This document shows positions 9,287-16,569 of a stretch of DNA of 64,000 bases, piece by piece. Location: assembly GCA_050261675.1 (NCBI GenBank), contig JBLNDO010000023.1, positions 4,908 through 68,907 of the forward strand. The letters are read 5' to 3'. How positions within the stretch are numbered: the first letter of the stretch is position 1; every line of letters begins with the position of its first letter. The notes beneath the pieces were generated by a model. It saw only the letters and a program-made list of their open reading frames with translations, was not told the origin of the DNA and did not search any database. The translations under genes were made by a program, and so were the position numbers. This DNA comes from Bacillota bacterium. Lineage in GTDB: Bacteria > Pseudomonadota > Gammaproteobacteria > Natronospirales > REEB76.

Positions 9287-9637
9287 CTACTTCTGAAGGT
9301 CGCCGCGGATATAGTCCACGACCGCCTTGATGTCCGCGGCTGAAAGCGACTTGCCCCAGGCAGGCATGGCGATGGGCAAATCCTTGAACTTCTTCTGATC
9401 GCCCGCGCGGCCGTTTGTCACCGTGCTGATGACATCCTCGATCTTGCCTTTCACAAAAGCATCGCCCTTGAGGGCCGGCGCCAGACCTGGGGTTCCCTGC
9501 CCTGCGCTGCCATGGCAGCTGGCGCAGCTGCTCGCGAAAACCGCTTTGCCGTCGGCGGCGGCCGCTGTCGCGCTCGCCAGAACGGTAACGCACGAAAAGA
9601 GCCCAAGGCATGCCAGTTTTCTCACGTTCATGTTCAT
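9287..9637 (-). CDS. Small periplasmic monoheme class I c-type cytochrome
   Basis: Signal peptide, one CXXCH site (CASCHG) and a distal Met candidate (IAMPAW). AGGAG spacing favours the second ATG at 9631 as the start. Confidence 0.8.
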   Translation of the reverse strand: MNMNVRKLACLGLFSCVTVLASATAAAADGKAVFASSCASCHGSAGQGTPGLAPALKGDAFVKGKIEDVISTVTNGRAGDQKKFKDLPIAMPAWGKSLSAADIKAVVDYIRGDLQK

Positions 9638-9692
9638 CTCCTGACTGAATTTAACCGCGTTATCGGAAAATCAACCTTAAAAGAAATTTAAC

Positions 9693-10160
9693 TCAAGGCG
9701 GCGCGGCGGGCTTGGCACCGGAGGTCGCCGCCTGGTCCTGCGCCTTCTTGATGGCCGCCGCCACCTCGGGCGGCATGTATTTCTGGTCGTGCTTTGCCAG
9801 CACTTCGTCCGCCTGCAGGCTGCCGTCGGCCTGCAGCGTGCCGTGGACCACGATTCCCTGTCCTTCCCGGAACAGGTCCGGCAGGATGCCGGTGTAGCTC
9901 ACCGGCACCGAGTGCTGCATGTCCGTGAGCATGAAGCGCACGCTCATGCTGCCCGGCGTGCGTTCGACGCTGCCGGTCTGAACCAGACCGCCCATCCGGA
10001 ACGCCTGGCCGGCATGGGCCTGTCCCCGGGACACTTGGGTGGGTGTGTAGTAGAAGAGGAGATTTTTGCGGAACGCCGTCAGCCCCAAGGCCAAGGCCAC
10101 GGCCACGCCCGAGAGCACCAAGAGAACTAGCGCGAGGCGTTTATAACGGCGCGGGGTCAC
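9693..10160 (-). CDS. ccmE: Heme chaperone CcmE
   Basis: N-terminal anchor, OB-fold region, heme-binding LAKHDQKYMPPEV (HxxxY). GTG start overlapping the ccmD stop (GTGA). Confidence 0.9.
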   Translation of the reverse strand: MTPRRYKRLALVLLVLSGVAVALALGLTAFRKNLLFYYTPTQVSRGQAHAGQAFRMGGLVQTGSVERTPGSMSVRFMLTDMQHSVPVSYTGILPDLFREGQGIVVHGTLQADGSLQADEVLAKHDQKYMPPEVAAAIKKAQDQAATSGAKPAAPP

Positions 10161-10315
10161 GGTGCTTCCTTCCGGCGCAGGGACGCGCGCAGTCGGGCGA
10201 GCCGGCGCACCGGGCCTACCGCATTGAGCAGGAGGATTACGGCCGCGATGGCGTAGGCGGGCCAGACGTAGACGGCATAACCGCCCATGGTGAGGAATTC
10301 GTGCAGCGAGGTCAT
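10157..10315 (-). CDS. ccmD: Heme exporter protein CcmD
   Basis: 52-aa single-TM protein (MTSLHEFLTMGGYAVYVWPAYAIAAVILLLN...). ATGA overlap with the ccmC stop. The upstream part of track ORF 10157..10516 is an over-extension. Confidence 0.8.
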   Translation of the reverse strand: MTSLHEFLTMGGYAVYVWPAYAIAAVILLLNAVGPVRRLARLRASLRRKEAP

Positions 10316-11061
10316 GGTTTCTCCAGCATCTCTTTCACCCAGGCGGCATTCCGTTCCCGTTCGAGGATCTCCACCTGGACACGCTTCGCAAGACAAGCCG
10401 CGAAATGACACGTGAACGCCGCCAGCATGATGAACAATGGGACCAACATCTGCGGCGAAATATCCGAACCACCGCCCACGAATACTGTCGGCCCCTGATG
10501 CAGGGTATTCCACCACACCACCGAGTAATGGATGATGGGCAGGTTCACGATGCCTACCAAGGCCAGCACCGCCGCCGCCCGTTCACCGCTGCGCGGATCC
10601 TCGTACGCGCGGCCGAGCGCCATGAAACCGAAATACAGGAATAGCAGGATCAGCTCCGACGTGAGACGTGCATCCCATACCCAATAAGTGCCCCACATGG
10701 GTTTGCCCCAAAGGGAACCGGTCACCAGCGCCAGGAAAGTGAATGACGCACCCAACGGAGCGGCAGCGGCGGCAACGGCGTGGGCGAGCTTCATGCGCCA
10801 GACGAGGCCAATGGCGGAGGCGACCGCCATCAAGGCATAGCACATCATGGACAGATAGGCGCTGGGCACGTGTATATAGATGATGCGGAAGCCATCACCC
10901 TGCTGATAATCCGTGGGCGCGAGCCACAGTCCGCCGTAAAGCCCCGCGGCGAGACTCAGCGCGCCCGCCCAGCCGAACCAGGGCGCGAGACGGTCCGCCA
11001 GCCGGTACAGGGACGGCGGCGAACCGAGACGGTGAAACCAGGCCCACTTGGATGAACTCAT
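10312..11061 (-). CDS. ccmC: Heme exporter protein CcmC
   Basis: Trp-rich motif WGKPMWGTYWVWDARL and a polytopic membrane profile. Confidence 0.9.
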   Translation of the reverse strand: MSSSKWAWFHRLGSPPSLYRLADRLAPWFGWAGALSLAAGLYGGLWLAPTDYQQGDGFRIIYIHVPSAYLSMMCYALMAVASAIGLVWRMKLAHAVAAAAAPLGASFTFLALVTGSLWGKPMWGTYWVWDARLTSELILLFLYFGFMALGRAYEDPRSGERAAAVLALVGIVNLPIIHYSVVWWNTLHQGPTVFVGGGSDISPQMLVPLFIMLAAFTCHFAACLAKRVQVEILERERNAAWVKEMLEKP

Positions 11062-11732
11062 CAGGTCTCCAGGCTGATGCGCAAGGCACCGGCGATGGCG
11101 AAAGGAACCAGGGTCACGCCCAATACCAACAGCGCACCCAATAGATACAACGCGGCAGCCGGGTCTTCGCCGCGGGCCGCTTGGGTGGCGGCCTGGGCGC
11201 CGAAGATCAGCACCGGCACCGCTAGCGGCAGCACCAGGATGGGGAGCAACAGACTACCCTGCCTCAGTCCCACCGTGAGCGCCGCCCCCACCGCCCCCAA
11301 CAGGCTCAAGATAAGGGTCCCGAGGGTGAGGCTCAAGATAAGTGTCGGGAAGGCGTGGGGCGAAAGGTCCAGCATGAGACCCAAGAGCGGCGAGAGGATC
11401 ACAAGCGGTAGACCGGCCGTGAGCCAGTGACTGAAAACCCGGACCAGCGCCACGAGCTCCAGCGGCATCGAACCCAGCAACAGCTGCTCCAGCGCACCAT
11501 CGTCGTAATCGCTCTTGAAGAGGCTTTCCTGCCCGATGAGTCCGGCGAGGAGCGCCGCCACCCATAACACGCCCGGCGCCACGCTCGCCAAGAGGTCCGG
11601 GTGCGGCGAGAGACCCAGTGGGAACAACACCGTCGCCATCACGAAGAACAACAGTGGCGTTGCCAGCTCCCCCGGGCGCCGGAATCCAAGCCTCAGGTCG
11701 CGGCTGAGGAGCGCGCGCAGTTCGCGCATCAT
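11061..11732 (-). CDS. ccmB: Heme exporter permease CcmB
   Basis: 223-aa hydrophobic protein between ccmA and ccmC. Its coding sequence overlaps both neighbours. Confidence 0.85.
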   Translation of the reverse strand: MMRELRALLSRDLRLGFRRPGELATPLLFFVMATVLFPLGLSPHPDLLASVAPGVLWVAALLAGLIGQESLFKSDYDDGALEQLLLGSMPLELVALVRVFSHWLTAGLPLVILSPLLGLMLDLSPHAFPTLILSLTLGTLILSLLGAVGAALTVGLRQGSLLLPILVLPLAVPVLIFGAQAATQAARGEDPAAALYLLGALLVLGVTLVPFAIAGALRISLET

Positions 11733-12352
11733 GCCGCCTCCAATTCGAGACGTTGCACGGGCACCCCGTCCAAGGCCAACGGCTGATGGGTGGCGAGTAC
11801 CGCGAGCCCGCCCGCCTTGGCATGCGCCCTCAGCAACTCGTCCACTAGCGCCACGCCCGCCGCATCCAGGCTGCTCAAGGGCTCGTCCAGGAGCCAGAGC
11901 CTGGCCCGGCCGATCAGGAGACGCGCCAATGCGGTGCGACGACGCTGGCCCATGGAAAGCAGCCCGCAGGGGCGGTCCGCCACTTGCAGCAGTCCGAGCC
12001 GGTCCAGGATTTCGTCCGTTGTATTTTCTGAGGAATTCGCTTCAATTGATTGATAAAAATGTATATTTTCACTCGTCGTCAGATGAGACTTGAGGGCGTT
12101 GCTGTGGCCGAGATAACACAGTTCGCGACGGTATTCCGCCGACCCACGGATCGGCGTGCCGTTCCAAAGCACGTGCCCTTCGTCCAGGCGGCCGAGGCCG
12201 GCCAGCGCCCGCAGAAGGCTGGTCTTGCCGGCGCCATTGGGCCCGGCCAGGTGCAGCACCCGGCCGCTGCCCACGGCGAAGGAAAGCCCGCGGATGAGGC
12301 AGCGATCGCCCCGCCAGAGGGTCAGGCCTTGGGCTTTCAGTTCGAGCGTCAT
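11729..12352 (-). CDS. ccmA: Heme exporter ATP-binding protein CcmA
   Basis: Walker A GPNGAGKT, signature LSMGQRRR, Walker B LWLLDEP. The N-terminus MTLELKAQGLTLWRGDR lines up with E. coli CcmA. The track ORF up to 12529 runs through two tRNA genes and is an artefact. Confidence 0.85.
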   Translation of the reverse strand: MTLELKAQGLTLWRGDRCLIRGLSFAVGSGRVLHLAGPNGAGKTSLLRALAGLGRLDEGHVLWNGTPIRGSAEYRRELCYLGHSNALKSHLTTSENIHFYQSIEANSSENTTDEILDRLGLLQVADRPCGLLSMGQRRRTALARLLIGRARLWLLDEPLSSLDAAGVALVDELLRAHAKAGGLAVLATHQPLALDGVPVQRLELEAA

Positions 12353-12358
12353 GGGATG

Positions 12359-12447
12359 TGGTGCCCGGGGCCGGACTCGAACCGGCACGGCCGTTGCCGG
12401 CCAAAGGATTTTAAGTCCCTTGCGTCTACCAATTCCGCCACCCAGGC
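12359..12447 (-). tRNA. tRNA-Leu (anticodon UAA)
   Basis: Cloverleaf read by eye: acceptor stem GCCTGGG/CCCGGGC, anticodon loop CTTAAAA, long variable arm, T-loop GGTTCGAGTCC, encoded CCA. Confidence 0.9.
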
Positions 12448-12495
12448 CCTTGACCGCGGATTCGCCGGCTCCGGGATGAGGCATGCAAGGGGATA

Positions 12496-12569
12496 TGGAG
12501 GCTAGGGTCGGAATTGAACCGGCGTACACGGCTTTGCAGGCCGCTGCATGACCACTCTGCCACCTAGCC
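12496..12569 (-). tRNA. tRNA-Cys (anticodon GCA)
   Basis: GGCTAGGTGGCAGAGTGGTCATGCAGCGGCCTGCAAAGCCGTGTACGCCGGTTCAATTCCGACCCTAGCCTCCA. Anticodon loop CTGCAAA, encoded CCA. Confidence 0.9.
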
Positions 12570-12595
12570 CCGCCTGGAACCCGGAAAACCGCTGA

Positions 12596-12624
12596 AATCT
12601 AGCACATCAGGCCGTCAATTTCAG
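12596..12624 (-). promoter_or_regulatory. Possible extended -10 promoter upstream of tRNA-Cys/tRNA-Leu (and ccm)
   Basis: On the minus strand: CTGAAA, 17 nt, then TGc-TAGATT. A better -35 hexamer (TTGACG) is present but lies only 11 nt from the -10, so the assignment is uncertain. Confidence 0.3.
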
Positions 12625-12676
12625 GTTTTTGCACCGAACGTGAAGGACCGGGACCGAGCCCCCAGGTCCTTAACAA

Positions 12677-12705
12677 GCAAAAACCCCGGCGTGGCGACCG
12701 AGGTT
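12677..12705 (-). terminator. Terminator-like hairpin after tRNA-Gly
   Basis: Minus strand: AACCUCGG-UCGCCACG-CCGGGGUU followed by UUUGCUUGUU. GC-rich 6-8 bp stem with a run of 5 U. Confidence 0.4.
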
Positions 12706-12712
12706 TCGAAGC

Positions 12713-12788
12713 TGGAGCGGGAAACGAGGCTCGAACTCGCGACCTCAACCTTGGCAAGGTTGCGCTCTACCAACTGAGCTATTCCCGC
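12713..12788 (-). tRNA. tRNA-Gly (anticodon GCC)
   Basis: GCGGGAATAGCTCAGTTGGTAGAGCGCAACCTTGCCAAGGTTGAGGTCGCGAGTTCGAGCCTCGTTTCCCGCTCCA. Anticodon loop TTGCCAA, encoded CCA. Confidence 0.92.
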
Positions 12789-12799
12789 TTGCGATGCTT

Positions 12800-12827
12800 A
12801 TTTTAGGGCCACCCCCCGGAGAGTCAA
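12800..12827 (-). promoter_or_regulatory. Putative sigma70 promoter of the tRNA-Gly gene
   Basis: Minus strand: TTGACT (12827-12822), a 16-nt spacer, then TAAAAT (12805-12800). The -10 ends 11 nt before the mature tRNA 5' end. Confidence 0.55.
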
Positions 12828-12845
12828 GGCTTTCAAGGCCTTGGC

Positions 12846-13406
12846 CTATGAAGTCCGGGTGAGCTCGGGCCAGGCCGCCAGCAGGTAAAGGCACATGGAC
12901 CAGAGGGTGAGCCCGGCGGCGACCACCAGGAGCACGACCCCCACGTAATAGGACTCGAACCAGCCGAGCGGATAGCGGAACAACATAAAGCCGATGGCGA
13001 GCATCTGCACCGTGGTCTTCACCTTGGCGATGAAGGATACGGCCATGTGCCGCCGGCCGCCCTGCTCCGCCAGCCATTCCCGCAGCGCCGAGATGGCGAT
13101 CTCGCGGCTGATGATGATGATGACCGCGAGCGTGAGCCATAAGCTTGGGTTGTCGGATAAGAGCAGCATAAGCGTGGTGGCCACCATGAGCTTGTCGGCC
13201 ACGGGGTCGAGAAACTGACCGAAGGCGGAACTCTCGTTGAAGCGGCGCGCCAGATAGCCATCCAGCCAATCCGTGATCCCGGCCAGCGCGAAGATCGCGC
13301 AGGTGACTGGCGGCGACCACCCATAAGGCAGGAAAAACACCAGCACGATCACCGGAATGAGCGCGATGCGCAGCAGCGTGAGCACGTTGGGCCAGGTGAG
13401 TTTCAC
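12846..13406 (-). CDS. pgsA: CDP-diacylglycerol--glycerol-3-phosphate 3-phosphatidyltransferase
   Basis: CDP-alcohol phosphatidyltransferase motif DWLDGYLARRFNESSAFGQFLDPVADK. Conserved uvrC-pgsA-tRNA-Gly order. Confidence 0.9.
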   Translation of the reverse strand: MKLTWPNVLTLLRIALIPVIVLVFFLPYGWSPPVTCAIFALAGITDWLDGYLARRFNESSAFGQFLDPVADKLMVATTLMLLLSDNPSLWLTLAVIIIISREIAISALREWLAEQGGRRHMAVSFIAKVKTTVQMLAIGFMLFRYPLGWFESYYVGVVLLVVAAGLTLWSMCLYLLAAWPELTRTS

Positions 13407-13415
13407 TTTCCGCCT

Positions 13416-15239
13416 CTATTGTTCTGCGTGAAACAAGCCGTAAATCCGCCGTGCGAGTTCGGCGCTGATGCCCGGCACGCTGGCGAGATCCTCCACGCCG
13501 GCTCGGGTTACAGCCTGCAGCCCGCCGAAATGCTTGAGCAGGGCCTGACGGCGCTTGGGACCCAGCCCCGCCACCTCCTCCAGCGGTGAGGTATTGCGTG
13601 CCTTGGCGCGGCGCTGCCTATGCCCCGTGATGGCGAAGCGGTGCGCCTCGTCCCGGATCTGCTGGACCAGATGCAGCGCCGGCGAATCCTGGGGAAGTAT
13701 AAGTGGCGCCTCGCGGCCGGACAAGAAAAGCTGCTCGAGACCCGGTTTGCGCGTGGGTCCTTTCGCCACCGAGGCCACCAACACGCCCTCCACTTGCAGT
13801 TCCTCCAGTACATTTTCCGCTTCGTGCAGTTGCCCTTTGCCTCCATCGATGAGCAGCACGTCCGGGACCTGCCCTTCCCCTTTCTTGAGACGGGTATAGC
13901 GCCGGGTCAGCGCCTGGCGCATGGCCCCATAGTCGTCGCCGCCGGCGATGCCTTCGATGTTGAAACGCCGGTAATCGGATTTGCGTGCGCCGTCGGTATC
14001 GAACACCACGCACGACGCCACCGTCCCCTCGCCCATGGTGTGGCTGATGTCGAAGCACTCGAGACGCGCTGGCATCTGCTCCAGCTCGAATGCTTCCTGC
14101 AACGCCTCGAAGCGGCGCCGCACGCCGGCATCCATGGCGAGCCGGAGCGCCAGGGATTGCTCGGCATTGAGGCGCGCCATGTCCTGCAGGCGCCGGCGTT
14201 CGCCGCGCACCTCGGCGCGCATCGTCACCGCATGGCCCGCCTGTGCGGCGAGGCCGGTCACGATGAGATCCATATCTTCCACCGGTTCCGAGAGGATGAT
14301 GTCCGGCGGCGTTTCGCGCCCGAGATAATACTGGGGCAGGAAAGCCTCGAGGAGCGCGGCCGTGGTCTCCTCGCCGCTCACCCTTGGGTAGAACACCTGG
14401 TTGCCGAGCTGGCGTCCGGCACGCACAAACAGCACGGTGACGCACGCTGCCCCGGCACGGCTCGCCGCGGCTGCCACATCGTAATCGCCCCCTTCTCCGG
14501 ATACGTATTGGTGCTGCGCGGTACGCCTCAGGCTGCCGATCTGGTCCCGATAACGCGCCGCCAATTCGTATTCGCGGTTGTCTGACGCCTGCTCCATGCG
14601 CTTCACCATGGCATCCACCACCTCGTCGGTCCTGCCCTGCAGGAAAAGCGCGGCATTTTCGACGTCCCGTCCATAGTCCTCGCGAGAAATGAGGCTCACG
14701 CAGGGTGCCGAGCAGCGCTTGATCTGGTATTGCAGGCAGGGGCGCGTGCGGTTGCGGAAGAAGGCGTCGTTGCATTGCCGGAGCTGGAACAGCTTCTGCA
14801 GGAGATTCACGGTCTCGCGGGCGGAATGAGCGTTCGGATAGGGCCCGAAGTAGCGTCCCTGCTCCTTGCGTCGCCCGCGATAGAGGGTCAGCCTCGGGAA
14901 GTCCTGGCCGTCGTCCAGCCTGATATAGGGATAGGTCTTGTCGTCCCGGAGCACGATGTTGTAGCGCGGACGATGCTGCTTGATGAGGTTGTTCTCGAGC
15001 AGCAGCGCTTCGGTTTCGGTGTGGGTCACCGTCACCTGGATGTCGGCGATCTGGTCGCGCATCACGCGCGTCTTGGGATTCGACTCGCTGGCGCGAAAAT
15101 AGCTGGCCAGGCGCTTCTTCAGGTTGCGCGCCTTGCCCACGTACAGGATCTCTCCCCGGGCATCCAGCATGCGGTACACGCCGGGGGCGCCGGTGACCGA
15201 CTCCAGGAAGCGGGCGCTGTCGAAGGTGGCCGCGGTCAT
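13416..15239 (-). CDS. uvrC: Excinuclease ABC subunit C
   Basis: 607 aa. GIY-YIG N-terminus (PGVYRMLDARGEILYVGKARNLKKR) and C-terminal HhH region. Start trimmed to the ATG at 15239 (ATGA overlap with the upstream gene). Confidence 0.92.
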   Translation of the reverse strand: MTAATFDSARFLESVTGAPGVYRMLDARGEILYVGKARNLKKRLASYFRASESNPKTRVMRDQIADIQVTVTHTETEALLLENNLIKQHRPRYNIVLRDDKTYPYIRLDDGQDFPRLTLYRGRRKEQGRYFGPYPNAHSARETVNLLQKLFQLRQCNDAFFRNRTRPCLQYQIKRCSAPCVSLISREDYGRDVENAALFLQGRTDEVVDAMVKRMEQASDNREYELAARYRDQIGSLRRTAQHQYVSGEGGDYDVAAAASRAGAACVTVLFVRAGRQLGNQVFYPRVSGEETTAALLEAFLPQYYLGRETPPDIILSEPVEDMDLIVTGLAAQAGHAVTMRAEVRGERRRLQDMARLNAEQSLALRLAMDAGVRRRFEALQEAFELEQMPARLECFDISHTMGEGTVASCVVFDTDGARKSDYRRFNIEGIAGGDDYGAMRQALTRRYTRLKKGEGQVPDVLLIDGGKGQLHEAENVLEELQVEGVLVASVAKGPTRKPGLEQLFLSGREAPLILPQDSPALHLVQQIRDEAHRFAITGHRQRRAKARNTSPLEEVAGLGPKRRQALLKHFGGLQAVTRAGVEDLASVPGISAELARRIYGLFHAEQ

Positions 15240-15886
15240 TCGAGAAGCGCCTTGGCGCGCCCCACCACTTGCTCGAACATGGCATCGGTGAGCCGGCGGG
15301 TCTGGGTGTTGTAGCGGCTGCAGTGGTAGGAATCCAGCAGCCAGCGCCTCCCTGGCAGGCGGTGCTCCGCACCGTGGGAAAAGCGGAAATCCCGGGATTT
15401 GAGCGTGAAGGCCTTGAGCACCGCGTCGTGGGCGATGCGCCCCAGGGCCAGGAGCACGCTGCCTTTCTGCGTCTCGGCCAGTTCCGCCTGCAGGAACCGG
15501 TTGCACTGCCGGATCTCCGAAGGTTGGGGCTTATTGGCGGGCGGCAGGCACTTCACCGCATTGGTGATGCGGCAATCCTTAAGGCGCAGAGGATCATCGG
15601 CGGAAACGGATTCCGGCCGGCTGCCGAAGCCGTATTTGTGGAGAGTGCGGTACAGGAGGATGCCCGCGTGGTCGCCGGTGAACGGCCTGCCCGTGCGGTT
15701 GGCGCCGTGCATGCCGGGTGCGAGGCCCACCACGATGAAGCGCGCCTTGGCATCGCCGAACGGCGCCACCGGAGCGGCATGGTAGTCGGGATGCTCGGCG
15801 CGCACGCCGTCGAGGAAGGACGCCAGCCTCGGGCAGGCGCGGCAGTGGCGATCGAAGACGGAACTTCCCTGACTGGAAGCTGGCAT
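15236..15886 (-). CDS. Fe-S uracil-DNA glycosylase superfamily protein (family 4/5, UdgB-like)
   Basis: Cys ligands CRACPRL...NAVKCLPP...EIRQCNRFL. Motif GLAPGMHGANRTGRPFTGD resembles family-5 GLAPA-HG. Start set at the internal ATG, 16 nt after the uvrY stop. Confidence 0.65.
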   Translation of the reverse strand: MPASSQGSSVFDRHCRACPRLASFLDGVRAEHPDYHAAPVAPFGDAKARFIVVGLAPGMHGANRTGRPFTGDHAGILLYRTLHKYGFGSRPESVSADDPLRLKDCRITNAVKCLPPANKPQPSEIRQCNRFLQAELAETQKGSVLLALGRIAHDAVLKAFTLKSRDFRFSHGAEHRLPGRRWLLDSYHCSRYNTQTRRLTDAMFEQVVGRAKALLE

Positions 15887-15902
15887 GGATCGGGAACCTT
15901 GT

Positions 15903-16562
15903 TCAGGCCGGGCTCTTGCCGCCAGGCTTCTCCTCGATGACGCCATAGCGCAGCGCCAGGCGCGTAAGCTCCACGTCGTTGTTGACGCCGAGCTTCTCGA
16001 ACAGTCGCGAGCGGTAAGTGCTCACGGTCTTGGGACTCAAGTGCAGCTTGTCGGATATCTCCTGCACCGAGTGGCCACCCGTAGCCATGATCATCACCTG
16101 CATTTCGCGCGCCGAGAGCTGATCGAAGGGCGAGCCGGCGGTCTTGTTCACGGCCTGCAGCGCCAATTGCCGAGCGATGTCCGCGGCAATGTAGCGCTCT
16201 CCCCGGATCACGCGACGGATGGCGGTGATGATCTCCTCCTCCGCGCTATCCTTGGTGAGATAGCCGGATGCGCCGGCTTCCAAGAGGCGCATGGGGAACG
16301 GCTCAGCCGTCTGGGCGGAAAGCACGATGACGCGGGCGCCCGGCAGGCTCATGGCGAGCTTGCGGGTGGCCTCGAGCCCGCCGATTCCCGGCATGGACAC
16401 ATCCATGAGGATCACCTGCGGCTTGAGTGCGCGCGCCTGTTCGACCGCCTCCTCGCCGGTGGACGCTTCGCCGAGCACGCGGATATCCGGCGTCTTATCC
16501 AGCATGAGCTTGATGCCGGTGCGTACAAGCTTGTGATCGTCCACCAAGAGAACGCCGATCAT
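15903..16562 (-). CDS. uvrY: GacA/UvrY-type two-component response regulator (NarL/LuxR family)
   Basis: Close colinear resemblance to E. coli UvrY (MIGVLLVDDHKLVRTGI..., MDVSMPGIGGLEATRK, LSPKTVSTYRSR). Lies upstream of uvrC as in enterics. Confidence 0.85.
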   Translation of the reverse strand: MIGVLLVDDHKLVRTGIKLMLDKTPDIRVLGEASTGEEAVEQARALKPQVILMDVSMPGIGGLEATRKLAMSLPGARVIVLSAQTAEPFPMRLLEAGASGYLTKDSAEEEIITAIRRVIRGERYIAADIARQLALQAVNKTAGSPFDQLSAREMQVMIMATGGHSVQEISDKLHLSPKTVSTYRSRLFEKLGVNNDVELTRLALRYGVIEEKPGGKSPA

Positions 16563-16569
16563 GTCCGGG

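Noticed and set aside
11960-12010. A sigma54-type promoter (GG...GC) downstream of the IHF-like site in ccmA.
   Set aside because: The candidate CTGGAC...CTGCTG has 13 nt between GG and GC rather than the required 10, and it lacks the TGGCAC/TTGCW context.
11729-12529. N-terminal over-extensions in the ORF track: ccmA through two tRNA genes, ccmI to 6596, uvrC to 15506, icd to 18042, plpD-like to 31554, the dinB-family ORF to 29102, and ccmD to 10516.
   Set aside because: The extensions overlap tRNAs or neighbouring genes, lack similarity to the family N-termini, and are Arg-rich. Internal ATG/GTG starts give canonical N-termini, signal peptides and ATGA/TGATG coupling with the upstream gene.
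13618-15372. Long same-strand alternative-frame ORFs inside real genes: 13618..15372 in uvrC, 8205..9227 in ccmF, 19668..20702 in aceB, 36107..37054 in fumC, 33188..34180 in degV.
   Set aside because: These are frame-shifted read-throughs of highly GC-biased genes, and their translations are Arg/Pro/Gly-rich nonsense. The annotated frames carry the catalytic signatures.
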